A DNA stretch of 64,000 nucleotides from a virus: IMG/VR virus record IMGVR_UViG_3300036398_004744, positions 2,574 to 66,573 of that record; one strand, given 5' to 3'. The notes beneath the pieces are model-generated. The model saw nothing but the letters and a program-made list of their open reading frames with translations. It ran no database searches and had not been told where the DNA came from. Below, piece after piece: positions 19,801-28,891 of the stretch. Both the position numbers and the translations under genes were made by a program. The stretch's first letter is position 1, and every line of letters begins with the position of its first letter.

Positions 19801-22800
19801 CTGCAGGAGGCATACAAGGATGATGTCATCTGGGACAAGGAGACCATTCTTGATGTCCAGGATGACGAGGGAAACACCGTCGCCCAGATCGTGATTCCCG
19901 ATGACCCCACGATCGATTCTGCCACCGGAGAATACCGAATCGCCAACGGACAGCTCGTCGATGAGAATGGTAGTGCCCTGCAGCTTACCCCGACCATCGA
20001 CCTGTCTGGTCTTCCGGATGGCGCGCGGGCCTCGATTGACAGTCGCATCGCGCGCAACCCCGACGGCAGTCCCAAGATTCTGACAAACAAGGAGATTCAG
20101 GCGAGGGCACGTCAGCGCGATCAGATGATCAAGGACGCGGTCGACAACGCCCCAGAGGACGGCTTCGAGGGACGACTTCGAGACACCGGAAACGGGAGCT
20201 ATCGCGGGGTCATGAGTCCGTCGCAGCTCGAGGCCGTCATGGCACTGCCCAACAGCGTGATTTCCCCGTCTCTCAAGAAGAACATAGCCGCCTTCAACGA
20301 GGTGCTTCAGAAACGCGACGGGACTCGCATCCTGATGGAATATCAGGCGGCCCTCCGCGGCGGAAGGTATCGGGCCCTCAGTCCGCGCATCCGCGACGTC
20401 GTGCCGATTGGGTATCAGTTCAGCAAGCAGGGCAACTTTCTGGCCACGACCATCTCGGTCAGCCGCATGTTCGATAAGATGAATCTCTGGTCACAGAAGC
20501 GGCCAGAGAATCTCAATCTCTGGGGACGCGATCTCGGCAAGTTCTGGGAGGACGTGACCCGAGTGCTCGACAACCACAACCGGGGACTGGCTGGACAGAC
20601 CGGACTCGACGTCGATCCCGACATCGCGATGCAGAAAAAGAACCGCATCAACGACTTTTTCAATCTGTTCACCAAGGAGACTGAGTCGCTGAATCCATCG
20701 AGGACCACGCTCCCGGCTCGCCGCGGGAAGGACTCGGCAGACCGCCTGATCATGTCGGCTCGCATGGACCGCATCAACCAGATGCAGATCAGCAACGCCC
20801 AGAAGCTTCCTGTCGACTACGGCAAGATGCTCGTCAATTTCTTCCCAGAGAACGAGGCACGGTCGCTTCGTCTCGACCAGTTCCAGGATGCTCCGGTCGA
20901 GAACGACATTGTCGGCGGCGCCATGCCTCGGTTCCTTCCCGGCATCCGCTACACCTCGCTTCCCGACGATCCCAAGAAGACCATGGCCGACTTCTATATG
21001 CTCAACGCCATGATCACGACCCCGCCGACCGGATGGAGCATGGGCAAGTTTGGCGGCGAGGCCACCATGTATGCTCCCTCGGCAGACCCGACCGGGCGCT
21101 ATGCCGGAGTCCGCGCCGAGAAATACCAGGACGCCCTCGACGAGGCCAAGCAGACGCTCATCCCGACCCTGCACAGCAAGATCCAGAAGGCACTGCACTT
21201 TGCGGTTGCGGCAGAACTGCGGCATGCGATTCCAAAGAAACAGCCGACCGACCTGGCCGAGTCTGAATTCTATCAGGAATACATGCGCCAGTATGCGATC
21301 CAGGGAGCGGGCATGCCAGATCTCAAGAAAGAAAAGGGGCCACGCCGTTTTCAGAGCGAGCATGAGGGCTATCGGGCCTCTTTCATTGCGATGGAAAATG
21401 CCCGCAAAAAACTCGGCATGAGCATTGCCGACGTGGCCCTGTTTGCAGAACAGCTTTATCGCCGCGGGAGCTGGTCGTCAAGCTACGGCGGAAACCCGTG
21501 GGGCGACATCGCGGCCCATCTTGCCAAGATGTCTGATCCGAGCTATTCTACCGAGCTGGTTCGTGCCGTCGTGACCGACGAGAATGGCCGCATGCAGATC
21601 ATCGAGACCAACGAGTTCCGCGACCCGGGCGCCTACAGCGCCATGTTCCAGGAGATCGATCGGGCCTACGACCTGCAGCACAACACGAACACGGTCTTCA
21701 ACAAACTCAAGAAATACTACATGGGAGCCGAGGGATACGGCTGGATCGCCAAGATGCTTGACTTCAAGGCCAATGTGGCCAATCCCCGCGAGCTGCGCGG
21801 CCTCGTCAGCGGCACCATGGGGAAACTGGCCGACGCCTGGTTCGCCGACATGCGCGCCGACGCGCCCCTCACCCAGGATCTCGAGGCCAGGGTCGTCGAG
21901 CAGCTTCCAGAGTCGTTCATTGACAACTTGGATCCGTCTCAGTCTCCATCCCAGTTTCCTGAGATGCTCAAGGATCTGGTCGCAGACTACTACCGCAAAT
22001 CCTCAAGCGGAGTTCGGCGTGAGAATCCCTTTGAAAACATCGCCAACGCGGCCGAGGGCATCTTTCGCAACAATGGCGGAAAGAGCGACGACTGGAAGGC
22101 GATCAAGAAAGACCAGAACGCGCACATCGGGATCATCCTTGACGACCATTTCGGCGATCTCGGAGTCGCGAGGACCGATGCCACCAAGCTCTTCCGCATG
22201 TTGCTCGTCGAGGGCCGGGATCCCAGAGTCACTGGCAAGAAGCCGTCTCCGTCTGATGTCCCGAAAGTCGAGACCAAGCTTTCCAAGCCGAAGCCCATGG
22301 CCTACCAGAACTGGTTCATGGGAAATGTGTTCCAGCCCAAGCTTGACAAGTCGACTCCCTCGAATCTCAATGAGTTTGTTGTCGGTCTCTTGTTTAACGG
22401 ATTCAATGGCCTGAAGCTTGGCGATGTCACCGTCGTCAATGCCGGCGGTTCTGGTAAGGCAGTGACTCTCAAGGTCTATGTCGGAGACTCCGTGGCTGAG
22501 GGCAGCCTTGCCACCACGGCCCAGATTCCAGGCGGCAAGAAGCGTGACATCGTCGACTGGCTCGCCGAGTATGCGCTCATGCGCGCCAAGATGAACGGTT
22601 ACGGCAATGTCATGGACTGGATGCAGCAGAATCTGAAGGCCGAGATGAAGCCGCAGATGCCCGTGCAGAGTGAGGGAATCAGCAATCTTCTTGAGAATCT
22701 TCCGTGGGCCGCGAGAAACAGAGTCAATCAACTGCTTGAGAATCTGCAGGATCAGGAGTGGGTTGACACCAACCTCGCGAATCTTCCGCCGTCCGACATC

Positions 22801-25083
22801 GACGCCTCGGCTGATTTCGTGGAGTCGCTCTTGCTTGGAAACTCTGAGGGTCTTGCCAAGGCAAAGATCATTGACGCACTTAGCCCCAACGACGTCGAGG
22901 CTCTCGGCAAGTATCTCTACGACGTCGGCAAGTGGGCATCCGACAAGCTTGAGAAGCGCAAGGCGGCCGACATGGTCGAAGAGGTCGAGGAAGAGGGGCT
23001 GACCCTGGATTCTCCGGCAGTCGGATATGCCAAGGCAGACGACACCCTCATGACCGTCGCCGAGGCGGCCGCCATGGTCGGACCGTTTGAAGAGGGCGAG
23101 ATCGGCGGGACCAACCACGTGTATTTCACGACGAACTCGGGCACGGCCGTGACAAATCCATACGAGGACGAGCAGGGCGATCCGTTTGTGACCGAGTGGG
23201 CGCCCGGCAACAAGACGGCCATCATGCAATACTGGGCCGACAACGGAGTCCTTCCGTCTGTCTCCGAGACGGCCCTGGCAGTCTTCGATGCCGCGAATCC
23301 CAGCCACCCGTATCTGAAACCCTCGGAGAATGAGGCGGATCCCGTGATTCTTGCCGACTCCGACGCACTGATGAAATTTGCCGACAATCTGGGAGTGACG
23401 CTTGACGACGCGCAGGCCACCAAGGATGGCAAGTGGAAGTCCGTGGTTCTCACGAACGGCCAGGGAGACGAGGTCAAGATCGTCAAGCAGGTCGCGGAGG
23501 ACGGAATGTATCAGTTCATCAAGGACGACAAGAACTTTGCGATCGGGCCGTTCGCATACGTCATCCGAGAGGCCGCGAAGTATCTGAATCAAAAAAGTCC
23601 GGGGAAAAAAGACGAGACCGCGGCCCAGAAACAGGCCATGGAGTTTCTCAATGACGCGCTGCTCGACGAGCCAACCACGATCGACGGAAACACATGGGAG
23701 CTCGAGGGCATCGAGGACGACTCTGGTGAAATCACCGCGGCCGTCGTAAAACTCAATGGCGTTGCCGTGTCAAACACCATTCCGTTTGAGCCAGAGACGG
23801 CGACCCCCATGATCGGTCCTAAGGGAATCTACGACGACTATTTCGCGCTTGACTGGATGAAGGACTGGAAGGCACCCGAGGCCCAGTCGCTCCTGACTCC
23901 GGAGCAGGACTTCACGATGCAGGCGGCGGCCCAACTCATGGACCCGGACATCGAGGTCGTCGAGGTCGGCGGCAAAAAGTTTGCAAAGGGCGTCACGCAG
24001 TCTGGATCTGTGGCAATCTCTGCTTACAACAAGGACAATGAAGTTCTCGGCATCATCCCGATCCAGGGATCGCAGAACATGGAGCCCATGGATCTCGAGG
24101 CGGCCATCTATGAGGCCCTGTCGACACTCGGGGCCACGTCTGCACCAGAATCCAAGACCAAGACGCCTGAGATCACGACGCAGATGATCAACGAGGCCGC
24201 CGAGGCCCTGATGAACGACGAGACGACGTCGCTCGGCAAATACACGTTCGAGCCGATCGCCTCTGGACTCGGAGGAACCAGGGTCAACATCTACGTCGAG
24301 CCCGGCATGGAGGACTCGGTCGGCTATTTCATGCTCGACCCGGGCGAGTATCGCGAGCCCTCGGACATGCTCGACGCGTTCTACGACAAGATCAGCGAGT
24401 TTCTCGAGAACAATCCCGACTCTGATGAGGGCGGTGGCGGCACGGGGCCCGGGGCCAAGTTCATGCCGGCGGGCTTCTATGATCCCGATGAGGATGTCCC
24501 GTCTCTCCGCCAAAAGGCCTGGATCACTCCGGATGGCGAGATCGTGAACGTGGATCCGGGATCCGAACACCGCCTTGTTGCCCGGTCGTTTTATCCCAAC
24601 GCCGAGTCCGACGAAAAGGCCCAGATGGCCGCCGAGGATGAGGGTTATCTGCGAGTCGTCCGGCAGGGCAGCCGCGTCAACGTGGGCGGACGGACTCCGA
24701 ACTCATCCCAGAGGGACACCCTGACGAGACTGCGACTCGATCATGACTATGAGATTCAGGATGATCGCGGACGTTCCATGGCGGCCAGATTCATGCCCGC
24801 GGGCCCATCCGGATCATCCCAGGATGACCAGGGTCTTGCCGGAGTCACGGGACCAGACGCTGACCGGGGGCCTCTTTCGGGGGCCAGATTCATGCCCGGC
24901 TACAACCCCCGCTACACCGATGACGACGGCAACTTTGACTTTGGCCTGTATTCCGAGGACAAGCGCAAGACCATCGCCTATCTGCGAGACCGCATGGGCA
25001 TCACCCGGAAGGACTTTCCCGATGAAGAAGAGTGGAAGCGCACCATCCGTGAGACGATGCGAGACGTGATCCGCGGCGGCTAG
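16828..25083 (+). CDS. giant (2751 aa) polyvalent/ejected virion protein with a zincin-like HExxH motif
   Basis: Uninterrupted ORF; LLQHESNH at about 19192-19206; multi-domain with repeated FMP-type linkers; last gene of the ejection cluster. Confidence 0.75.
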   Translation: MAVLEEVIGEVTSETRPKSGMVGGVSRGAVGRRRKKKPASILDEVTEEVSKEPVPEGALAQVMRETETDPETVRRMRAEGQPLTTDQQRIAFEAERARPLTDVALGAAGAFIQAAPQTAGQLLRGTAKFAYEGVGKPLGEAVLSGLIHEPGSDEQEQAVRRAFRGANSAVRSLASGVAQDIEETANAAIRAGYFGTSITDRAAEKLGLVTPEQSFNNYLAREDMRRGEAEDIQENPDRAATMLARNPLAGTVIEGAAMLSGQGALTPEAKRAALAGYEESLLQEAKFRPDEDISMLGEVLSPVGLPARLVKPVTSALGGTMEAAGGLAVRGVTKPTIRGVNPLEGVGIGIRRVGEGAEKVGAGISQAITGRPDTFLAAPGTIVSAFTKRPGQLVEGVGRTMRDVGRQIDEGGIRGRTGIVERLGRDPASADWIRDLFGPGAQKRLEKMERKNKQRVAEGKPEIKPGRGGVMRARTADYGLRLANSLTKSGVSGAALNGIIGAADIETAEEFGRSTGVGFGIGSYMAGRVPERIGAALDPTTGLATKIDRVTEIDPLDRRLDEDADLKRFRATADPELVRQVEKLSSPEEQVASRMRELDDLFQRKAEADYAEEDTAELDAVITQKADELSALQESTKDLTQEDRDERRRAVELIMADGLDLLKSNGRAAGLNGVNVKILDPSQIESFIRERWGQNLEQAEAIVTQLGGRTDLSPSEEQSLLRANQAVQKFQEQVQLWPQQTGFALSDSDQADAPAHLRMANIGAPTIVMNTEQLMRDPRRVGLRYLLQHESNHILEQFREVQEMQRPVRDLWFGKRIVRPDGTVLEATPGIITDDWINDVGIPMYAERLYGPGGETKFRDSFASPQQAVEYVRSELMSELSALSETGYSTIREALDSPGQAVVDRLLISRKNSMLGRLRQALEAMGVELDSKGDVKSVIFGDQAPFDPDALAIMRQYKRNLREFNDMLTYAGGTTEGEVEISVTELMTNRALQEAYKDDVIWDKETILDVQDDEGNTVAQIVIPDDPTIDSATGEYRIANGQLVDENGSALQLTPTIDLSGLPDGARASIDSRIARNPDGSPKILTNKEIQARARQRDQMIKDAVDNAPEDGFEGRLRDTGNGSYRGVMSPSQLEAVMALPNSVISPSLKKNIAAFNEVLQKRDGTRILMEYQAALRGGRYRALSPRIRDVVPIGYQFSKQGNFLATTISVSRMFDKMNLWSQKRPENLNLWGRDLGKFWEDVTRVLDNHNRGLAGQTGLDVDPDIAMQKKNRINDFFNLFTKETESLNPSRTTLPARRGKDSADRLIMSARMDRINQMQISNAQKLPVDYGKMLVNFFPENEARSLRLDQFQDAPVENDIVGGAMPRFLPGIRYTSLPDDPKKTMADFYMLNAMITTPPTGWSMGKFGGEATMYAPSADPTGRYAGVRAEKYQDALDEAKQTLIPTLHSKIQKALHFAVAAELRHAIPKKQPTDLAESEFYQEYMRQYAIQGAGMPDLKKEKGPRRFQSEHEGYRASFIAMENARKKLGMSIADVALFAEQLYRRGSWSSSYGGNPWGDIAAHLAKMSDPSYSTELVRAVVTDENGRMQIIETNEFRDPGAYSAMFQEIDRAYDLQHNTNTVFNKLKKYYMGAEGYGWIAKMLDFKANVANPRELRGLVSGTMGKLADAWFADMRADAPLTQDLEARVVEQLPESFIDNLDPSQSPSQFPEMLKDLVADYYRKSSSGVRRENPFENIANAAEGIFRNNGGKSDDWKAIKKDQNAHIGIILDDHFGDLGVARTDATKLFRMLLVEGRDPRVTGKKPSPSDVPKVETKLSKPKPMAYQNWFMGNVFQPKLDKSTPSNLNEFVVGLLFNGFNGLKLGDVTVVNAGGSGKAVTLKVYVGDSVAEGSLATTAQIPGGKKRDIVDWLAEYALMRAKMNGYGNVMDWMQQNLKAEMKPQMPVQSEGISNLLENLPWAARNRVNQLLENLQDQEWVDTNLANLPPSDIDASADFVESLLLGNSEGLAKAKIIDALSPNDVEALGKYLYDVGKWASDKLEKRKAADMVEEVEEEGLTLDSPAVGYAKADDTLMTVAEAAAMVGPFEEGEIGGTNHVYFTTNSGTAVTNPYEDEQGDPFVTEWAPGNKTAIMQYWADNGVLPSVSETALAVFDAANPSHPYLKPSENEADPVILADSDALMKFADNLGVTLDDAQATKDGKWKSVVLTNGQGDEVKIVKQVAEDGMYQFIKDDKNFAIGPFAYVIREAAKYLNQKSPGKKDETAAQKQAMEFLNDALLDEPTTIDGNTWELEGIEDDSGEITAAVVKLNGVAVSNTIPFEPETATPMIGPKGIYDDYFALDWMKDWKAPEAQSLLTPEQDFTMQAAAQLMDPDIEVVEVGGKKFAKGVTQSGSVAISAYNKDNEVLGIIPIQGSQNMEPMDLEAAIYEALSTLGATSAPESKTKTPEITTQMINEAAEALMNDETTSLGKYTFEPIASGLGGTRVNIYVEPGMEDSVGYFMLDPGEYREPSDMLDAFYDKISEFLENNPDSDEGGGGTGPGAKFMPAGFYDPDEDVPSLRQKAWITPDGEIVNVDPGSEHRLVARSFYPNAESDEKAQMAAEDEGYLRVVRQGSRVNVGGRTPNSSQRDTLTRLRLDHDYEIQDDRGRSMAARFMPAGPSGSSQDDQGLAGVTGPDADRGPLSGARFMPGYNPRYTDDDGNFDFGLYSEDKRKTIAYLRDRMGITRKDFPDEEEWKRTIRETMRDVIRGG

Positions 25084-25113
25084 TCTCGACAATTTCTGCC
25101 AAGAAGTTTGCGA

Positions 25114-25141
25114 TTTACTCCAGCAGCCCCCTGAATAAACT
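25114..25141 (+). promoter_or_regulatory. sigma70-like promoter
   Basis: TTTACT-16 nt-TAAACT, 8 nt before ATG 25150; spacer contains CAGCAGCC. Confidence 0.5.
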
Positions 25142-25149
25142 ATTCTCAC

Positions 25150-25719
25150 ATGGCCATTCTGGATACCGCAAAATATCGTGACCGGGTTCTCGACGGGCTC
25201 ACGCAGATCGATGGACGCCTCGTCTCGGCATCGAGCACCTCGGGATTTGGAATGGTGCTCAACAATTTTCGCACACGAATCGTGCGCTTCACTCCCGTGG
25301 TCGACACCGCGGCTTATGGCTCTGGTGACGTGCTCTTCAACACGACGGCCGTGACGGTCGCCGACACCGCGGCCACGACCCGCGGAACGATTCTTTCGGC
25401 CAGCGTCATCGACCGCGACGACGAGGCGAGTCAGACCATCACTCTCTATTTTCTGCGCACGGCCGTGACCTTTGGCACTCTCAACTCGCCTCCCTCGATC
25501 ACGGATGACGGCGCGAGCGAGATCATCGGGACTGCCACGGTGACGACGGGCACCGACCTCGGCGGATGCCGATATGGCGAGTCCAGCGGACTCGTGCTTC
25601 CGTTTGAACTCCCGGCCAATCTTCTCTATGTCGCGGCCACGACGGGCGGCACGCCGACCTTCACCAACGCGAACGACATCCGGATCCGCCTTTCTCTGCA
25701 GATAGAGGCGCCGGTCTAA
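25150..25719 (+). CDS. virion structural protein (beta-rich)
   Basis: Thr/Ala-rich; N-terminal ILDTAKYR motif shared with the ORF at 63650. Confidence 0.6.
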   Translation: MAILDTAKYRDRVLDGLTQIDGRLVSASSTSGFGMVLNNFRTRIVRFTPVVDTAAYGSGDVLFNTTAVTVADTAATTRGTILSASVIDRDDEASQTITLYFLRTAVTFGTLNSPPSITDDGASEIIGTATVTTGTDLGGCRYGESSGLVLPFELPANLLYVAATTGGTPTFTNANDIRIRLSLQIEAPV

Positions 25720-25723
25720 GACG

Positions 25724-26983
25724 GTGCCGCTGCCATTCAGCAGAAACTCGGCCGCGGCTCGTCCCACGTTTTCGCGAGACTTTGCCGGTGTCAAGACTCT
25801 TGATCACGGAGTCGGCCCCGCCATCACATTCACACGCGCCGACGCCACCACCTGCGCGACCTTCTTCGACGCCAACGGCGTCCTTCAACTTGCCGCCGCC
25901 AACGTCCCAAGATTCGACCACGACCCCGCGACCGCCGGAAATCCGTCACGCGGGCTGCTCATCGAGGAGGCGCGGACGAATCTATTGGTTCGCAGCGCGG
26001 AGTTCACCGACGCAAGCTGGGCAAAAACCAACGTTACCGCATCAGATGGTCAAGCTGCCCCAGACGGCACGACCAACGCCGATGGCATTTTTGAAACCGC
26101 AACCACCGGCATCCATGAAACCCGCCAGTCTGTTTCCATCGCTGCAACCGCAACGCACACATATTCAGTGTTTCTAAAAGCTAATGGCAGAAACTTCGCA
26201 ACTGTATATGTGAGAGAAACGGCAAACAGTGGTGCAACTTATGTCAGTGTTGTGGTTGACTTGTCAAACGGAAGTATATCGGGTTCTCCTGTTGGCACCG
26301 CAACCGTCACAAGCGTTGGCAATGGATGGTATCGCGTCGCGGTTTCTGCAAGTATTGATGCAGGCACACGCTTTGCGCAGATCCGCTTGCGCGAAGACGC
26401 CAGCACAACGTCTTACGCGGGCGACATCACCAAAGGCATCCTCGCATGGGGCGCCCAACTAGAAGCAGGCGCCTTCCCCACCAGCTACATCCCGACGACA
26501 TCCGCCGCCGCCACCCGCGCAGCGGACAGTGCTGCCGTTACGTCGATCTCCAGCTTCTATAATCAAGCGGAGGGGACGCTGTTTGCGGAAGCAAGCGTCT
26601 ATGCCAGAAAAAATCCCGGGGCGCAAGATGTCTACAGTTTTGCGATCGCCCAGACAAATCGCATCGGAATAAGATACGTGAATGCTAACATAAGCGCCGG
26701 GATTGCTGTTGCTGACACGAGCACATTCGGATTTGGGGTGACAGGATCTGTCAACATTGTCTACAAAACGGCATTGGCCTACGCCGTCGACAATAGCGCC
26801 GCTTCAATAAACGGGTCGGATGCCACGACCGACACTGACGTCATCTTGCCGTCCATTTTGACGGGCATGTTCATCGGACGAAGAAGCGGCACAGCGACCG
26901 ATTTTCTGAATGGTCATATACGTCGCATCGCCTACTGGCCCCGCCGCTTGAGCAACAGTTTGCTCCAGCAGCTGACGGTCTGA
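25724..26983 (+). CDS. head-spike/fibre-type protein with a carbohydrate-binding-like module
   Basis: ITFTRA...A.NVPRFDH...GLLIEEARTNL, GNGWYR, WGAQLEAG.FPTSYIPT...TRAAD motifs and a LamG-like end. Confidence 0.75.
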   Translation: MPLPFSRNSAAARPTFSRDFAGVKTLDHGVGPAITFTRADATTCATFFDANGVLQLAAANVPRFDHDPATAGNPSRGLLIEEARTNLLVRSAEFTDASWAKTNVTASDGQAAPDGTTNADGIFETATTGIHETRQSVSIAATATHTYSVFLKANGRNFATVYVRETANSGATYVSVVVDLSNGSISGSPVGTATVTSVGNGWYRVAVSASIDAGTRFAQIRLREDASTTSYAGDITKGILAWGAQLEAGAFPTSYIPTTSAAATRAADSAAVTSISSFYNQAEGTLFAEASVYARKNPGAQDVYSFAIAQTNRIGIRYVNANISAGIAVADTSTFGFGVTGSVNIVYKTALAYAVDNSAASINGSDATTDTDVILPSILTGMFIGRRSGTATDFLNGHIRRIAYWPRRLSNSLLQQLTV

Positions 26984-26984
26984 G

Positions 26985-27116
26985 TCACCGCCGGCGGTCC
27001 GTCCGTTCCCAGGCCAGGACCACGGCCAGCCCCAGTGCGATGAACACCAGGGCTGGCCAAAAGTTCCAGGCGATCTGTAGGAATCCCCGCAGGATGATGA
27101 GAATGTCGGGGTCCAT
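26985..27116 (-). CDS. small membrane protein
   Basis: MDPDILIILRGFLQIAWNFWPALVFIALGLAVVLAW...; last gene of the minus arm. Confidence 0.5.
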   Translation of the reverse strand: MDPDILIILRGFLQIAWNFWPALVFIALGLAVVLAWERTDRRR

Positions 27117-27118
27117 GG

Positions 27119-27841
27119 TCAGGCTGCGATCTTGGAGGTGAAGTCGATCGAGGCGCCGACTCGGCGGCCGTGCTCGTGGGCCCCGGCGTCGTGGCTCGCG
27201 CGGCTGCGGCTGCGCGACTTCTTGAGGTCCATGTTCTGGTCGACCCACTCATTGATGCGCTTTTTCTTGTCGGCGATCACGATCGCGAAGCGGTCCTGCT
27301 CCTCCTTCTTGAAGCGGCGCATGGCCGCCTGACGGCCGTGGGTCGACTCGTTGATGAATCCATCGGCGACTCCGCGGAAGAACGAGTTGGCCGTCGTCGT
27401 GTTCCACGATTTGCCAGTCATCTTGAGGTGGTGGTTGAGGCCGTTTTTCATCGCGTCATAGACGAGTGGCAGCGCCATGCGGGCGGCCTCGATGTCGAGC
27501 GACTCCCCGACGAAGATGTAGACGTGCCGGTAGCCGCCAGAGCGGCCGACGGTCAAGTCCCACTGCGCCGAGTAGACGACCTTGACGTCGAAGACCTGGT
27601 GGATGACGGCGGGGATCCAGCGATCCTCGTCGCGCTTCTTGCGGCCGGTGTTGACGGACACCTTGTTGATGGTCTCGGCCTCGCGTGCCTCGCCCACCTG
27701 CATCTGTTCGATGCCGTGGCGCGTCATCAGCTCGCGTGCCTTGCGAAGAGCGACCTCCATCTCGTTGGCCGTGGCCCCGCTCGAGGGATCGGCCATCTTG
27801 AAGAGGTTGCGGATTTTTTCGATGATGTTGGATGTGTTCAT
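27119..27841 (-). CDS. DUF2786-domain protein
   Basis: IIEKIRNLFKMA...ATANE...A..KARELMTRHGI signature; start ATG 27841 sits behind a promoter. Confidence 0.8.
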   Translation of the reverse strand: MNTSNIIEKIRNLFKMADPSSGATANEMEVALRKARELMTRHGIEQMQVGEAREAETINKVSVNTGRKKRDEDRWIPAVIHQVFDVKVVYSAQWDLTVGRSGGYRHVYIFVGESLDIEAARMALPLVYDAMKNGLNHHLKMTGKSWNTTTANSFFRGVADGFINESTHGRQAAMRRFKKEEQDRFAIVIADKKKRINEWVDQNMDLKKSRSRSRASHDAGAHEHGRRVGASIDFTSKIAA

Positions 27842-27851
27842 GACAGGACCT

Positions 27852-27879
27852 AGTCTACCATGGCTGGCAGCCAAGTAAA
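27852..27879 (-). promoter_or_regulatory. early promoter, repeat family copy 1
   Basis: TTTACT-16-TAGACT; spacer TGGCTGCCAGCC; 10 nt to ATG. Confidence 0.7.
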
Positions 27880-27899
27880 CCCCAAAAAGCAAAAAAATG

Positions 27900-27931
27900 A
27901 AAAAAAAATAGGGGGCCCCGGAGGGCCCCCC
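27900..27931 (-). terminator. intrinsic terminator after DUF932
   Basis: GGGGGCCC-CGGA-GGGCCCCC hairpin followed by a U-tract on the minus strand. Confidence 0.75.
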
Positions 27932-27951
27932 TTGGCTGAGGTTTTCGTGGA

Positions 27952-28806
27952 TTATTCGGCGGCCAGCATCTCCTTGCGGAACTTCTGGAGGCCGTGGGTC
28001 CCGCCGGCGAGCAGGGCCTCGGCACCGGCCCAGAGGCGGCGGTTGACGAGGGTGTCCATGTGGAAGGACGTGACCCCGCGGCTGCGACGACCCAGGCGAG
28101 TCTCGATGCCGCCCTTGATGACGTTCTCCTGGACGCGGTTGAACACGGTCCAGAGGTCGTCGTGCTTGTCGACGTCGCGGCGGGCGACGAGAACGTCCTT
28201 GGCCTCGATGGGCATGTCGGCATAACCCTTGTAGCGGGCCTCGATCGCGAACTTGGCATACATGCTCTGCTCGATTTTGTTCAGCCTCCGCTCGCGGAAG
28301 GCCTCGACGCGGCCCTCGGACTCATCGAGCAGCTTGGCCATGTTGGCGATCATCAAGCGGACGGCCTCAGAATCGAGCGACACGTGGGTCGCGACGAAAC
28401 TCGAGGCCATGCCCGAGGCGACGACCATGCCGTTGCTGCAGACCAGGCGGTAGAAACCGGCCATGGCCGACAGACGGCGAGTGCGGTCGTGGCTGTTCTC
28501 GAGGATGACGCGCGGGGCGGACTCCAGCTTGCCCGACTGCAGCTTCTCGAGGTGGTTGCGGTGAAACAGCTCCACGCGGTGCTGCCCGGTGATCCCGGCC
28601 TCGCGGCGCTGGCGCGCATTGACCGGCACGAAGCCGTGGTCGCGCAGGACCGGGAGGACCTCGGACGTGCTCACGAACGTGTAGCGCTCAGAGACGTCAG
28701 GGGCGGGTTTTTTCGCGAAGATCGCCGGGGCGAGTTCACGGAGGCGGGTGTCGTTCAGTTCTCCCAGGAGGACCTGGGCCGTAGTTGTGTTTGCAGTATT
28801 GCTCAT
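27952..28806 (-). CDS. DUF932/DUF945-family protein
   Basis: SERY.F..T, ENSHD, AGFYRLVCSNG and LWTVFNRVQEN motifs; start ATG 28806. Confidence 0.85.
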   Translation of the reverse strand: MSNTANTTTAQVLLGELNDTRLRELAPAIFAKKPAPDVSERYTFVSTSEVLPVLRDHGFVPVNARQRREAGITGQHRVELFHRNHLEKLQSGKLESAPRVILENSHDRTRRLSAMAGFYRLVCSNGMVVASGMASSFVATHVSLDSEAVRLMIANMAKLLDESEGRVEAFRERRLNKIEQSMYAKFAIEARYKGYADMPIEAKDVLVARRDVDKHDDLWTVFNRVQENVIKGGIETRLGRRSRGVTSFHMDTLVNRRLWAGAEALLAGGTHGLQKFRKEMLAAE

Positions 28807-28816
28807 AACGAGGGCT

Positions 28817-28845
28817 AATATAGCTGGCTGCCAGGCACGTGTAAA
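28817..28845 (-). promoter_or_regulatory. early promoter, repeat family copy 2
   Basis: TTTACA-17-TATATT; spacer contains TGGCAGCCAGC; 10 nt to ATG; upstream A-tracts. Confidence 0.75.
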
Positions 28846-28891
28846 CCCCAGAATGAAACTTTTTTCAACTTTTTTCGGGGCCCTCGGAGGG

